A stretch of DNA of 64,000 bases. Origin: Marsupella aquatica (lineage: Eukaryota > Plantae > Marchantiophyta). This document shows positions 24,701 through 36,237 of the stretch, one piece after another. A program made the translations under genes and the position numbers. Position 1 is the first letter of the stretch. The number at the start of each line of letters is the position of its first letter. The notes beneath the pieces were generated by a model. The model was not told the DNA's origin. It was given only the letters and a program-made list of their open reading frames with translations, and did not search any database. Location: NCBI GenBank assembly GCA_973895155.1, contig OZ316899.1, positions 8,497,241-8,561,240 on the forward strand, in the 5' to 3' direction.

Positions 24701-25717
24701 GAGAGAACGAATCTCTGCTGGACCAGGTCCAGCTCCTCAAGGCGGACAATGACAGGCTTCGAAGGCAGCAGGATGGCCGCTCCCATTCGGGCGGCTCTGG
24801 CAAGCGTGCCAGGCATTAGCAGCGGAGTAGGAATAGATTAGGATTAGGACTGGCTTAGTCAGGCTCTTGGGACAGGCACCTGCCTTAGGTACAGCAGCGC
24901 TGCCATGCTGTCCAGCCTGCGTAGATTAGGATCTTCTAATAAGACACAACCGTTTTCCGGCCTGACTGTCAGCTTAGTTAGGACCTTAGTCAGCAAATCT
25001 TCGGCGAGAGGACACCCCGTCCCTCGTCCCTTAGTATTTAGTGCACCCCTCGGTAGAGGCGGGGGGGGGGGTTTAGTTGCAGAGTTGGACGTCCGCGGTA
25101 TGTGCGGGGAGTCCCGACCTCTGGGAATGAAAGAGTACCAAGGGGAGGGGGTAGGACTAAGCTCGCCGGGCGAGTGCGGAGCCGAGCTCCGTTGTAGTGT
25201 GCACCCTCGGCCTTGAACCTGTTCATTCCGGGGCTGTCGGGTCAACTAAGTGTACGCATATGTTCCCTTTGTAGAAAAATCCTTTCCCATCATTTTCCTT
25301 TGTGTAAATTGAGATTGTATGCATGTGCGCGTGTATGTGTGTGGGTTTCTCGTATATGGGTGGCAGCGCCAGGCCGAACGCACTACCCGAGACATGCACA
25401 GGGTGCAGCCTACGGGTAAGTGGTTGCCAGCACGGGTTGAGGACCAATATCATCGAATCTGGATCGAAGGCGGACAGCACGAAGGCTTAGAAGCCCTTAA
25501 GCCGGGGTCGATCCTGCTATCGACTAAGGTACGTTCCGGTGGCGGAACACAAACCATACCTAGGAGGTGTCCGTATTTAGTAGTATGCGCACTTAGCGCT
25601 AGTTTACGAGAATAAGGTGCATTACGTGCTTCCCTTCCTGCCCGAACCCTCAAATTTACGAGGGATGTGCCCGTCTAAGCTGAAGTCTGAGTTAAGGCCG
25701 CAGCCGACGACGTGACA
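21706..25717 (+). repeat. 5' LTR (4012 bp)
   Basis: Near-identical to 29686-33591 from position 21820 on; TATA box TATAAAA near 22064; same ends as the solo LTR. Confidence 0.93.
22172..24819 (+). pseudogene. LTR-encoded ~880-aa protein, 5' LTR copy
   Basis: ORFs at 22172, 22436 and 22787 share one frame, broken by stops at 22382 and 22712 and a 1-bp deletion near 24680; all three sites are intact in the 3' LTR copy. Confidence 0.85.
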
Positions 25718-25729
25718 TAGCCTTTGTTT

Positions 25730-25747
25730 TGGCGCTAGATGGAGGGG
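25730..25747 (+). promoter_or_regulatory. Primer binding site (tRNA-Asn-like)
   Basis: TGGCGCTAGATGGAGGGG, one mismatch to the TGGCGCTAGAAGGAGGG PBS type I recall for plant Tat elements. Confidence 0.75.
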
Positions 25748-25840
25748 GCACTCTACATATCGTAGAGGGGAGACATGTGCGTATTCACCTAGGCAGGATA
25801 CATCAGGACGTAGTACTAACCATCACATTTATATGAGTAA

Positions 25841-27463
25841 ATGCCCGTCACTCATTCTCAAGCAGCTTACTTGAGGAGATTGACCAGCGAACGAGAAAGT
25901 GCAACCACGACAAGTTCCGATTCTTCGGGCTCGGAGGACTCGCAATCGCCCCGACGTATGAACATACCCCCGGGACCTTCGGGGTCCGGTTCGACCGGTC
26001 CTGCTGCGGTTCCTCCGCCACCACCACCACCACCGCCACCTCCACCACCACCTATGGCAGCCGCTTCATTGATGGCCCGCGCTGCTCAAGCTCCTCCACA
26101 AATATCGCAACGATCGCAATTTCATTATCGACCTTTCAAGGGGCGTCATGGGGACGATCCGGATGAATGGTTGGATGAGTTTGAAGCCACTGCTAAAGCT
26201 AATGGGGAAGACGCCATTAAGCTAACCGTCCTCCCGGGGGTGATGCGGGGAGAAGCTCGTCCATGGTACAACTCGTTGCCACCCGGGACTACATGGGCAC
26301 AATTCCAAGCTCCATTGCTGCAGGAGTTTCGTGCCATTGGATCAGAACAACGTTCTCTATTAAAGATTGGCCAGCTTCGCATGGGAAAGAAGGAGTCCCT
26401 GCGGAAGTTCATTCAGAAGTTTCAGAAACTTGCGGCCAAGATCTGGCCCAGGCCGGGAGACGCGCTCCAGCTTACATGCTTCCTTCATGGTTTGCCCACG
26501 AATATGCAATTATGGGTACGCCAGAATAATCCAATTTCAATGCAGGCGGCCATAGCGTGCGCTGAAACTTACCGGGAGTCCACCTATAACTCCTGGCGGA
26601 GCCAGCGAGCACGCCGCAAGAAGGGTAAGTACGAGACCTTCAGTGACAGTGACTCCGAATCGGACGACGAGAGGAAGAAGAAATGCAAGAAGAAGAAGAA
26701 ACATCATTCGACCTCGTCCAGCTCTGAGACGGAATCCAGTTCGGATTCAGCTTCAAGCACCGGATCCTCTACCTCCAGTTCATCAGGAAGTGACTCGGAG
26801 GGCGGAAGCCGGAGCAAAAAGAAGAAGAGACGAGTGAAGAAGGAGGGGAAGATCAAACCCCGGGCGCGAAGAACAATACCAGATCCAAAGGCTACCGAAG
26901 CAGACAAGCTGAACGAAATCACGGATCGCCTCAAAGCACTGTCAGTACATCTTGCGGAAAATCCGGTGGAGAAGAAGAAGCCATCTGAGATTCGAGCCCA
27001 TGCGTGGTGTTCAAAGTGCTTCCAATCCGGCCATGTGGTGCAGGAATGCCCAAGGTGGAAGAACCGAGTTCACCAAGTAGAGCTGGATGATGTTGACAAC
27101 CCGGGTCCCGAATCGGAGTCCACGGAGTATTTCTTTGAGGACCCTCTTGATTCCGTGTACCAGATTTCAACGATAGGTCCGCGTAATTTAGCGGGTAGAA
27201 CTGCATACCCCTACCCAAACAATGGCCGGAGTTTCCAGGTTATCAGTAACCCGAGCATCCCTCCTAAGCCAGGGATTTGGCGATCCCCGGTTTGTTATAA
27301 CTGTGAAAAGCCAGGACACTTTGCGAGGGAATGCACCGAACCAAGACGTCAGGGAGATGGCCGAGGCACACCACTATGTCAAGTCTGCAAAATGGAGGCT
27401 CATTCCACGGCCAACTGTCCGTTGGTAATCGCTGCTCGAACGAGCACAGCTAGACCGGCCTAG
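25841..27463 (+). CDS. gag (retrotransposon gag domain, Ser/Lys-rich tract, three CCHC-type knuckles)
   Basis: DPDEWLDEFE, GEARPWY, QLRMGKKESLRKFIQKF, FLHGLP; CSKCFQSGHVVQEC, CYNCEKPGHFAREC, CQVCKMEAHSTANC. Confidence 0.92.
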   Translation: MPVTHSQAAYLRRLTSERESATTTSSDSSGSEDSQSPRRMNIPPGPSGSGSTGPAAVPPPPPPPPPPPPPPMAAASLMARAAQAPPQISQRSQFHYRPFKGRHGDDPDEWLDEFEATAKANGEDAIKLTVLPGVMRGEARPWYNSLPPGTTWAQFQAPLLQEFRAIGSEQRSLLKIGQLRMGKKESLRKFIQKFQKLAAKIWPRPGDALQLTCFLHGLPTNMQLWVRQNNPISMQAAIACAETYRESTYNSWRSQRARRKKGKYETFSDSDSESDDERKKKCKKKKKHHSTSSSSETESSSDSASSTGSSTSSSSGSDSEGGSRSKKKKRRVKKEGKIKPRARRTIPDPKATEADKLNEITDRLKALSVHLAENPVEKKKPSEIRAHAWCSKCFQSGHVVQECPRWKNRVHQVELDDVDNPGPESESTEYFFEDPLDSVYQISTIGPRNLAGRTAYPYPNNGRSFQVISNPSIPPKPGIWRSPVCYNCEKPGHFARECTEPRRQGDGRGTPLCQVCKMEAHSTANCPLVIAARTSTARPA

Positions 27464-27496
27464 GCTGGACCGGCCACAAGCGATGCAGTCGTCCAA

Positions 27497-29685
27497 ATGA
27501 TTGTTGTAGAATGGCAAGATGACAACACCGAGTGGGTGAATCTGGTGGACGTGGCGGAACACCCTAATCCATCTGACGAGGCTGAGTGCTATCGTGTGTC
27601 AACAAGAGCTGAACGGAAGGAAGAGAAGCAGGAGGAGAAACGCAGGAAAAAGCAAGATACTACTCCGGTGCAGCCAGCGATAGATATACCCCCGAAGAAG
27701 GACGATGACTACCGACGGGACGACCCGAAGCTATTTTTCCCTCGCATCGAAGAATTGGTAAAGAAATAGCTGGAGGCTTATGAAGCTCAGGAATACCAGA
27801 AGGCAATCGATAAGGACATCAAAGCAGCCGAGACAGCCCGGCAACAGGAGCAAGAAAAGCAAGATAAACAAGAGGAAGCCAAGCAGCAGCCGAAGGAAGA
27901 AACGAAGGAGGACTATGATATTAAGGAGGACGTGAAGAGTTGCCCGGTTACAGCAACGGTGGGGCAACTGCTGCAGAACAACCCATAGTACAGACGGCAA
28001 CTAAGGGAGTTGCTCATGGGTCGCCGAAGGAGGAGACTACCCCGAGTTGGGATCGCGGACTGCAACATGATATGCGAGGACCTTGGAGCGCCGGACATCT
28101 CGATCAAAATTAATAATTGTACCATCAAGATGGTTCTTGTAGACGGAGGAGCGGGAGTCAACATCATGACTGAAGAAACGTATCAACCCACAACCCAAGC
28201 TATCAGATTAGCAAACGGGGCAAGGGTCCTCCCATTAGGCACGCTCACACGAGTGCTCACTCTGGTGGGAGGGGTGGAGTTCTATCTCAACTTCCTAGTT
28301 ATGAGGCCGGTTCATCCCTCCTCTTACCCGGTTCTTCTGGGCAAGCCGTGGCTGTACGGTGGCCGCGTAGTCACGGATTGGGGAAAGAAGGAGCTACGGT
28401 TCGGGGAACCCACCGTACGGGTATCATGGGCAATGGACGATTATCAGGGAGAAACCCCACAAGGACCCGAGGAATATGATTCGGAGACCTCGGAGGAAGA
28501 GGAACTCAATATGATTGAACTCATCTCGTCCCTGTCCGAGGAAGATGTCTTCGGAGTTGAAGCAACCCGCGAAACACATCTCCTAAATTACCCGAGGGCT
28601 GCCATTGAGTCCACCCCAAGCACATCTACTGCCGGGGATGAGGAAACGCACAAACAACTCGTCGAGACGGAGGACAAGGCTCCAAGTAAGCAGGGAGCCG
28701 AGACTGCTTCTACCGTTGCAGAGCCTCGTGACCACGAACCAGTCCAACAACCGCCCGAGGCCAAAAACTCAAGACCGAGACATAAGAAACGAGTCTCATG
28801 GGATCCGTCCATTCCGCAATTGGAGGAAGTAACTCCAATCCCGAGACCAATCCCGGTTCCACCCATGTACGGAGGAGTTCGGTTAGCTGAGCTTGATGCG
28901 AGCCTGGACCCGAGCCTGCAAAACCAGGTTGAAGTCATCAGGAAGGAGCACTACCGGAAGTACACCATTGGGATGGACAAATCTTTTAACCTGGGCCACG
29001 CTCTGACAGGGGAGGCTGAAAAATCCATCCAAGCTTTGCTCAAGGAATGTGAAGATGTGTTTGCATGGAGTCATCATGATTTAACAGGCGTCTCCCCCAA
29101 GTTGGGAGAACACACGATCGATCTGAACCTAGGAACCCATGCGGTACGGCAGCGACAACGTCGCATGAACCCGAGGTACTCCATCTTAGTGAAGGAGGAA
29201 ATTGATCGTCTCCTCGCCGCCGATATCATCTACCCGGTAATGGCCAGCGACTGGGTCTCTCCCATTGTCATTGTACCAAAGAAGGGAGGTACGGATGGAA
29301 AACCTAAGATTCGTATCTGTCAGGACTACCGTAAGCTTAACGACGCAACCCGAAAAGACCATTTATCATTACCATTCACGGATATGGTTCTAGATATGGT
29401 CGCCCGAAATGAAATCTATACATTTCTTGACGGGTATTCAGGTTATAACCAAATCTGGATTCGCCTCGCGGATCAGCTCAAAACAACTTTCACTATGGAG
29501 TGGGGGACTTTCGCATTTCGGAGGATGCCTTTCGGTCTGTGTAACGCCCCGGCCATGTTTCAACGCCTTATGATGAATATCTTCCAGGATTTCCTACGGG
29601 AATTTCTGGAGATATTTATCGATGACTTTGCCATCTTCGGAACCGTTGCCATGCACCCCGAACACCTAAGACGAACGTTGCAACG
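27497..29685 (+). pseudogene. pol: aspartic protease and truncated RT
   Basis: VLVDGGAGVNIM, VLLGKPWL; [47 protein letters not shown]; cut at 29685. Confidence 0.93.
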
Positions 29686-32600
29686 ATTATGGGTAGGACA
29701 TCATTAGGCAATAAGGGGGAATTCAGGTTCGGACTGGCGGCGGGTCGCTATTCGCACACCCGGGTTACGAGCGTGGAGGGGCCCCTCCCTCGGGTCCGTA
29801 TAACGTACTTAAGAAGCGGCCACTGACACGCGCTGACTCAGACCGGCGGAGTGGCCGGTACACCACAAGCGTGAGCGGTTCAGCCTATGGGCGTCAAGGA
29901 GACGTCGGGGGACCGACAAGCCCTCAAGGTATAAAAGGGGAGCCAACCCTTTGTAGTGCACCAGTCCATCAGTCCACGCGCCAGCTTCGACCCCAGCTCT
30001 CTCGTTCGCTCTAAGTTGCCACTACTATCTCCTCTGAATGTCGCACACGATCCTCTCCAGCTCGGCCATTCAATTCTGGACGCAGTTCCTATCTACCGGA
30101 AGGCACTTGGCCGACTCATTGAAACATCCCAACCCGCGCCGATACGAAATCGAACGCGAGTACGAGAGAGCCATCCGCCTAGCAGGACGACACCACTACA
30201 TCCTTAACTTTGACTACCCGTCTCAGAGCGAGCTTTACCGACCAGCAGAAGTATCTGGGTACTTCTTCAACGGAGACAAATATATCGGTTTCTGGGAAGC
30301 ATTGCTTCGGCTTCCGGACGAGGTCTTCAATATCCCGGGTACGATCGACTTGCAACGACATCACTTCGACCACATCCCTGCTCAGGTTCGGGCTATCATC
30401 AACAGCGAGTCCAGCACTACCCGTTCGACAAGGTCGTCTGCACTCGCTTCGAAGAACTTCTACCAGCACCTATAGAGCTTCATGGGAACTCGGCCATCAA
30501 CCAACATGACCAACTCAGTCGAACCCGTACCCGTACCCGTACCCGTACCCGTACCCATGCAACCTCAGGCTCAGCTTCAGCTTCAGCCTCAGCCACAGCC
30601 TAGCCAAACCCCACCACTGATCGCCCAGCCAGCACAAGTACGCTCCGTCATCAACGCCGTGGATCTTAGCGATGACGACGAGGCTACCCCACCCTTGACC
30701 AGGCGGCCCAGAGGAACAAGCGCTCAGGGGGCCGACACTATATCGTCCCCACCCCCTGCTCTGACCCCAGGAGCGGCCCCGGCAGACAACATGGTGACCA
30801 TGGTCGCCCCGGGCCCGTTACTAACGGCAGTGGCACTACCCAGGCCCGATCGGGAGGATGGGGAAGTGTCACCTTCCCCGAGCCAGTCACGGGGGAAGAA
30901 GAGGAAGGAATCCACCACTGCATCCGGGTTACCGTTGGCCACGGTAGCCGTAGCCAAGGTGACGATGCACCGCATGGGGGAAAACGTTCACAAAAACATC
31001 CTCCATCCCAAGCATGCGATGTACCTGAAGACTCAGGGATTCGAGCACCTCGCCTCCCTCCCCTAGAACACTTGCAGGTACTACGGGGAGGACATGACGG
31101 AGTTCGTCAGGAATTATGACGACGCGCGTCAACATACTCGGCTGCGGGGAAGGAGTATGTCCCTCACGGAAGAACGGCTCAAGATGATCTTCGGGTTACC
31201 CGAAGGTGACCATCGAGTCGAATCACGGGCTCCCGGGGGCAAGGGAGCCAAGTACCAATCTTCAAGTTTTCCCTCAGAGGGAGCAGTGGACAACGGGTTC
31301 GTGATGAAGACCTGCCTCATCCCCGAGATAGCTGAGCGACTGGAGTTCCAGAGGTACGCGCTCCACATGATGGAACCCCGGGGGGAGATCTCCGCCGCCC
31401 AAGTTATCCAGGTCGAGAAATATCGACCTAGGAAGTGGGCGTCGTACTTCGCTAAGAAATTCCATGAAGAGATGGAGCGGCGAAGGAAGACGTTGTACAT
31501 TGGCGGGAAGGCGTATTTTGCTAGCCACATCGAGATCATTCTTGAGTGGTACGCCCGGTTTGATCGACGAACCCTTCCCCGTGTCAACGTTACAAAGCTG
31601 GTCCCAGCTAGGTGGGTTTTCCCGGCCTTGGAGAGACGGCCCCAACCCGAGGCCCAAAGTCCAGCGGACACGCCAGCTTCACCCACCCCACCTCCACAAG
31701 TAGCTGTAGTCGTAACCGAGGAGGTACCGGATGGGTCGGTTGTCGCAACCGTTGATGCGACCCAACAAGCCGAGCTAAGTACAGAAGTTGGTACGGCGGA
31801 GGTCTTACCCGAGCCCGGGTCTCCCAAAGACCCACCGGTGGCTATTCCGGAGAACCGGACATTGCTACAGGAGGACACTCCAACCCCTTCCAATGTTACG
31901 TCCCCGGGGCTGGACGTCACTGCCCCGGCCCCCGCGCGTGTTGACGTCTGCCCGTGCCCAACTCCGGACAGGCACAACCTGGACCACCCGGAACTCTTCG
32001 TACCGGGTACATTTCTGAACGGGCTTCTGGGAGATTTCTCTCATCAAATTGCCCGGGATACCGGGGAGTTCATGGCCCGGAAGGTAGCCTGTTTCTTCAA
32101 TCAGGAGTTGGTTGCCGCAGTAAAGGCAGGTCGGGCCCAGTCAGAGGCCCTTCAGAGGATAGAGCGGTACCGGGTGGAGTCCGTGTACCTAAAGAACAAA
32201 GTTGTGGCTCAAGAGGCTGAGCTTCTGCAACTACGACCCAAGGTTGCAGCCGCCGATGAGTTGTTAGCAAAGGCGCACGCTCTTACCGCCCTAGCCGAAC
32301 AGGCCAAAGCTGGGAACAAGGCCGAGATTACACGACTCCGGAACCAGATTGACAGTTTGAAGAATCAAACCGTCACCTGGCAGAAAGACCTGGAGGAGAC
32401 CGAGGAACGGGCCCAGCGGGACACGGCGGAGATAGCCACGCTGCAGGCCGAGGTGGCGCGGCTCCAAACCAAGGCCGAGAAGCAGGACCAGCTGGCGGGT
32501 AAACTGACGAGCGACGCCCAGCAGCTGGAGGAGGCATGTCAGGAGGCAGCAGAGGAGACGGACGCGGCGAGGCGAGAGAACTAATCTCTGCTGGACCAGG

Positions 32601-33591
32601 TCCAGCTCCTCAAGGCGGACAATGACAGGCTTTGAAGGCAGCGGGATGGCCGCTCCCATTCGGGCGGCTTTGGCAAGCGTGCCAGGCATTAGCAGCGGAG
32701 TAGGAATAGATTAGGATTAGGACTGGCTTAGTCAGGCTCTTGGGACAGGCACCTGCCTTAGGTACAGCAGCGCGGCCATGCTGTCCAGCCTGCGTAGATT
32801 AGGATCTTCTAATAAGACACAACCGTTTTCCGGCCTGACTGTCAGCTTAGTTAGGACCTTAGTTAGCAAATCTTCGGCGAGAGGACACCCCGTCCCTCGT
32901 CCCTTAGTATTTAGTGCACCCCTCGGTAGAGGCGGGGGGGGGGGTTTTAGTTGCAGAGTTGGACGTCCGCAGTATGTGCGGGGAGTCCCGACCTCTGGGA
33001 ATGAAAGAGTACCAAGGGGAGGGGGTAGGACTAAGCTCGCCGGGCGAGTGCGGAGCCGAGCTCCGTTGTAGTGTGCACCCTCGGCCTTGAACCTGTTCAT
33101 TCCGGGGCTGTCGGGTCAACTAAGTGTACGCATATGTTCCCTTTGTAGTAAAATCCTTTCCCATCATTTTCCTTTGTGTAAATTGAGATTGTATGCATGT
33201 GCGCGTGTATGTGTGTGGGTTTCTCGTATATGGGTGGCAGCGCCAGGCCGAACGCACTACCCGAGACGTGCACAGGGTGCAGCCTACGGGTAAGTGGTTG
33301 CGAGCACGGGTTGAGGACCTGTATCATCGAATCCGGATTGAAGGCGGACAGCACGAAGGCTTAGAAGCCCTTAAGCCGGGGTTGATCCTGCTATCGACTA
33401 AGGTACATTCCGGCGGCGGAACACAAACCATACCTAGGAGGTGTCCGTATTTAGCAGTATGCGCACTTAGCGCTAGTTTACGAGAATAAGGTGCATTACG
33501 TGCTTCCCTTCCTGCCCGAACCCTCAGATTTACGAGGGATGTGCCCGTCTAAGCTGAAGTCTGAGTTAAGGCCGCAGCCGACGACGTGACA
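29686..33591 (+). repeat. 3' LTR lacking its first ~114 bp
   Basis: ATTATGGGTAGGACATC at 29686 matches 21820; ends GTGACA followed by the TSD. Confidence 0.93.
30038..32692 (+). pseudogene. LTR-encoded protein, 3' LTR copy (885 codons, no frameshift)
   Basis: Single frame with stops at 30473, 31064, 32582 and 32633, each a sense codon in the 5' LTR copy. Confidence 0.85.
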
Positions 33592-35195
33592 CAATTCTTC
33601 ATAGGAATCATAGACGCATCCTCAAAGTGGTCACAGGTATCACTATTATCAACTCACAAGGATACTGACACATATTTTAAAACTGAAAGCATTTCCCAAA
33701 GCATCCAATCAAGATCCTTAGAGTTGACAACGCTTGTGAATTTACATCCAAGACATTCAACAACTTTTGCATGACAACCCGATCGCCCATGTGCATTTTC
33801 CATATGGAATTGCAGAGTCCTTCATCAAGAGGCTCATCAATTATAGGTCTTTCAATATAATCTTCAATAGATCCAAATAGCGATCGACGCCAACAACACA
33901 CTCTCTCCAATCTTGAACTAAAACTCCTAGAGACCCTTCAACTTATCAATATATCCTCACACCCTGATAGTTCTGCTTCAACACCTCAAAGATTTCCACC
34001 ACATGGTTAAATGTTGGCGCAACTCTAGTCTCTGCCACAATTGCAACGGTAGGAGTAACGATGGATGCTGCTGAAGTGCTACTAGTGGATGGTGTGTCAC
34101 TTTGGTTGGTGCTACTAGAAGAAGCAACAGTTGTGGCAATGGGTTGGGGAGCTGCACTAGTGCCATAGGTGACGGACATATAATTAGGCGACCAATGCTA
34201 TCTCCATGCCTCAATCTCAACCAAATGAGCCTTCCAAAACTCATGGTAGTCATCCATGGATGCCCCTCCAAATGTTGAAATAATCCTTTTCATGCCATAA
34301 AAGGGGTAAACAATGAGGCTTACGTACGTAATGTTTGTATATTGCACCATGTATCAAACTCTTGGATGAAATCATCCAGATCAATCGTGCCAACTGCACC
34401 GGAGTATCTCTTTGCGCCCTTTGTAGCCCCATACATCTCTTCCATGTCCACAACAAAGGTACAATCACTTGATGACGAGGAGAACTGGTCATAGAGTCCT
34501 CATCAGAATCATTGTTTGAGGCTATAATGCTGACTACTGCTACCAATGTCATTGGCCAAAATTTCACCCTAGTTTGAGTGGAACCGGTCCGTTGTCCATT
34601 GGGTAGCCCCGCAGCACCAAAAAAATCCGTGATGACCAATCTACTCAAACCATAGCCATCAATCTAATGTAGGTGCTAATCCTAACAGGGCAATCTATCC
34701 TTGACAACACCACAATCACTCACCATGGTGTGTTGGGCATCATTTCAACATTGCCATGAGAGAAATACACAGCACAACTAGAGTGTCCGGTTGCAAACTC
34801 AAATTACTCATATGAAATCAAGAGCCCACACCAAACTAACATGATGCATATGTAGGAAGCATGTGTGGAGAGGATCCAATAATAAGAATGGACATAGCAT
34901 AACTCTCCACTCAAAAGTAATTGCAATTTCATACAATGATGTTCATAAGGTTCAATGAAGAGCCTTCATAATACGCTTCACAATGCTCTAATGTTGTAGA
35001 TGAGAATTCATGCAAAATTGATTTTAGCTATGCATCTAGATGGACACAAGAGCATCAAAAACCCAAAGACACCTTCTAATTTGGCCCAGATAGGCCTCTA
35101 AACAAACTGGGCAGTGCATAAAGCCCCCTAATGCTTCAATCTAGACAACGAGTTGTGAAAGCTAGTGTGTACACAAGATGTGATAAAAACCTATT

Positions 35196-35290
35196 AGGTA
35201 AGCGCTTGCGGTTGGGAGTAGCCTCGGGATGGGTGACCTTGCACTTCACCTTGCGTTCGCGAATAACAATAGTCCCAGGATGGGTGACCT
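35196..35290 (+). other. 5S rRNA internal-promoter-like fragment (box A...box C, box C duplicated)
   Basis: AGGTAAGC-N23-GGATGGGTGACCT against plant 5S AGTTAAGC-N23-GGATGGGTGACCT; second GGATGGGTGACCT at 35278-35290. Confidence 0.7.
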
Positions 35291-35354
35291 CTCACTTGTC
35301 ATTATGCACCAAATCTTACACTAAAAAATGCAACACTTATCAGCCTATTCATTA

Positions 35355-35652
35355 AAAGTGTATTATTATTTAATTTATGTACATTTGGGCAATGAAAAAT
35401 ATATTTTTGGGCTTGGAAAAGTGTATATTTGGCCAATAAAGAGTGTACATTTGGGCAATGAAAAGTGTAAATTTGAACATCAAAATATGTACATTTGGCT
35501 TTAAAAGTGTACATTTGGCCTAGAAAGTATACATTTGAGTGAAAAATACATACATTCGACTTAAAAAGTGTACATTTAAGTGTATTTGGTCTAGGAAGTG
35601 TAACTTTTAGTGCAACAAAGTGTACATTTGGCCTAAAAAGTGTACATTTTCC
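35355..35652 (+). repeat. Left subterminal array of AAGTGTACATTT(G)
   Basis: About a dozen degenerate copies at ~22-bp spacing. Confidence 0.85.
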
Positions 35653-36237
35653 TACCAACTCTTATTACGGACTTCCATGAGAGGTCTCTTGCAAATTCCC
35701 TGCCACGAGGTTGTGCCACATTACCACAACCAGCCACAAACGTGCACATTCCTGTTTGTGGCAAAAACAACGTAATTTTGGGGGCGCCATGCCGTAAATA
35801 TTAAACGTCAAAAACCAAAATACAAAGGGAGATATGTCATTTAATAAAATAAAGTTACCATTTTGATGTTTGTCAAAGATATATCAGTGTTTTATATCAA
35901 AATGCTTATATTTTTTAATTGTTTGCAAGTTTGAAAAACCAACCAATAGAAATGTACATAGTTAAAACCCCTTTGGCTTCACATTGTAAAATTAAATAAT
36001 CAATCTCCTTAGTACTTGATAAAATTTGTCAATGTTTAATTCATTGAAAAACTCAAGATCAAGATTTAGAAACTCGTGACCTCTTTAGTAGTGTCTTGAT
36101 AAAATCTCTCAATGTCACACTCATTGGAAAACTAAAGTAAAATTAAAAACTCATCATCTCCTTGGAACTTGACAAAATCTATCAATGTTAGGTTCATTGG
36201 AAAGCTAGAGAAATTCAGATACTCATGATCTCTCTAA

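Larger units (their letters stand above)
21706..33591 (+). mobile_element. Tat-like Ty3/Gypsy retrotransposon with ~4-kb coding LTRs and an internal deletion
   Basis: Termini TGTGAC...GTGACA; 5-bp TSD CAATT (21701-21705, 33592-33596); PBS, gag, protease and RT between the repeats. Confidence 0.95.
20950..33910 (+). mobile_element. Ty1/Copia pol remnant split by the Tat-like insertion
   Basis: Protease CIVDSRTSHTI, GAG-pre-integrase LWHRRLGHPS. Integrase LDADVCNPIDPPSGPFQF (to 21705) resumes as FIGIIDASSKWSQV at 33597. Outer limits are approximate. Confidence 0.85.

Noticed and set aside
23257-32689. Long antisense ORFs within the coding LTRs (e.g. 23548-24105, 31129-31977)
   Set aside because: Shadow frames of a GC-rich sense ORF with no recognisable motifs.
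21820-33591. Segmental duplication or assembly artefact as the explanation for the 3.9-kb direct repeat
   Set aside because: The copies differ by scattered substitutions, are bounded by TG/CA, a TSD and a PBS, and an independent solo copy has the same ends.
33946-34700. Possible decayed minus-strand gene
   Set aside because: Short fragments with no motif I can recognise; left unannotated.
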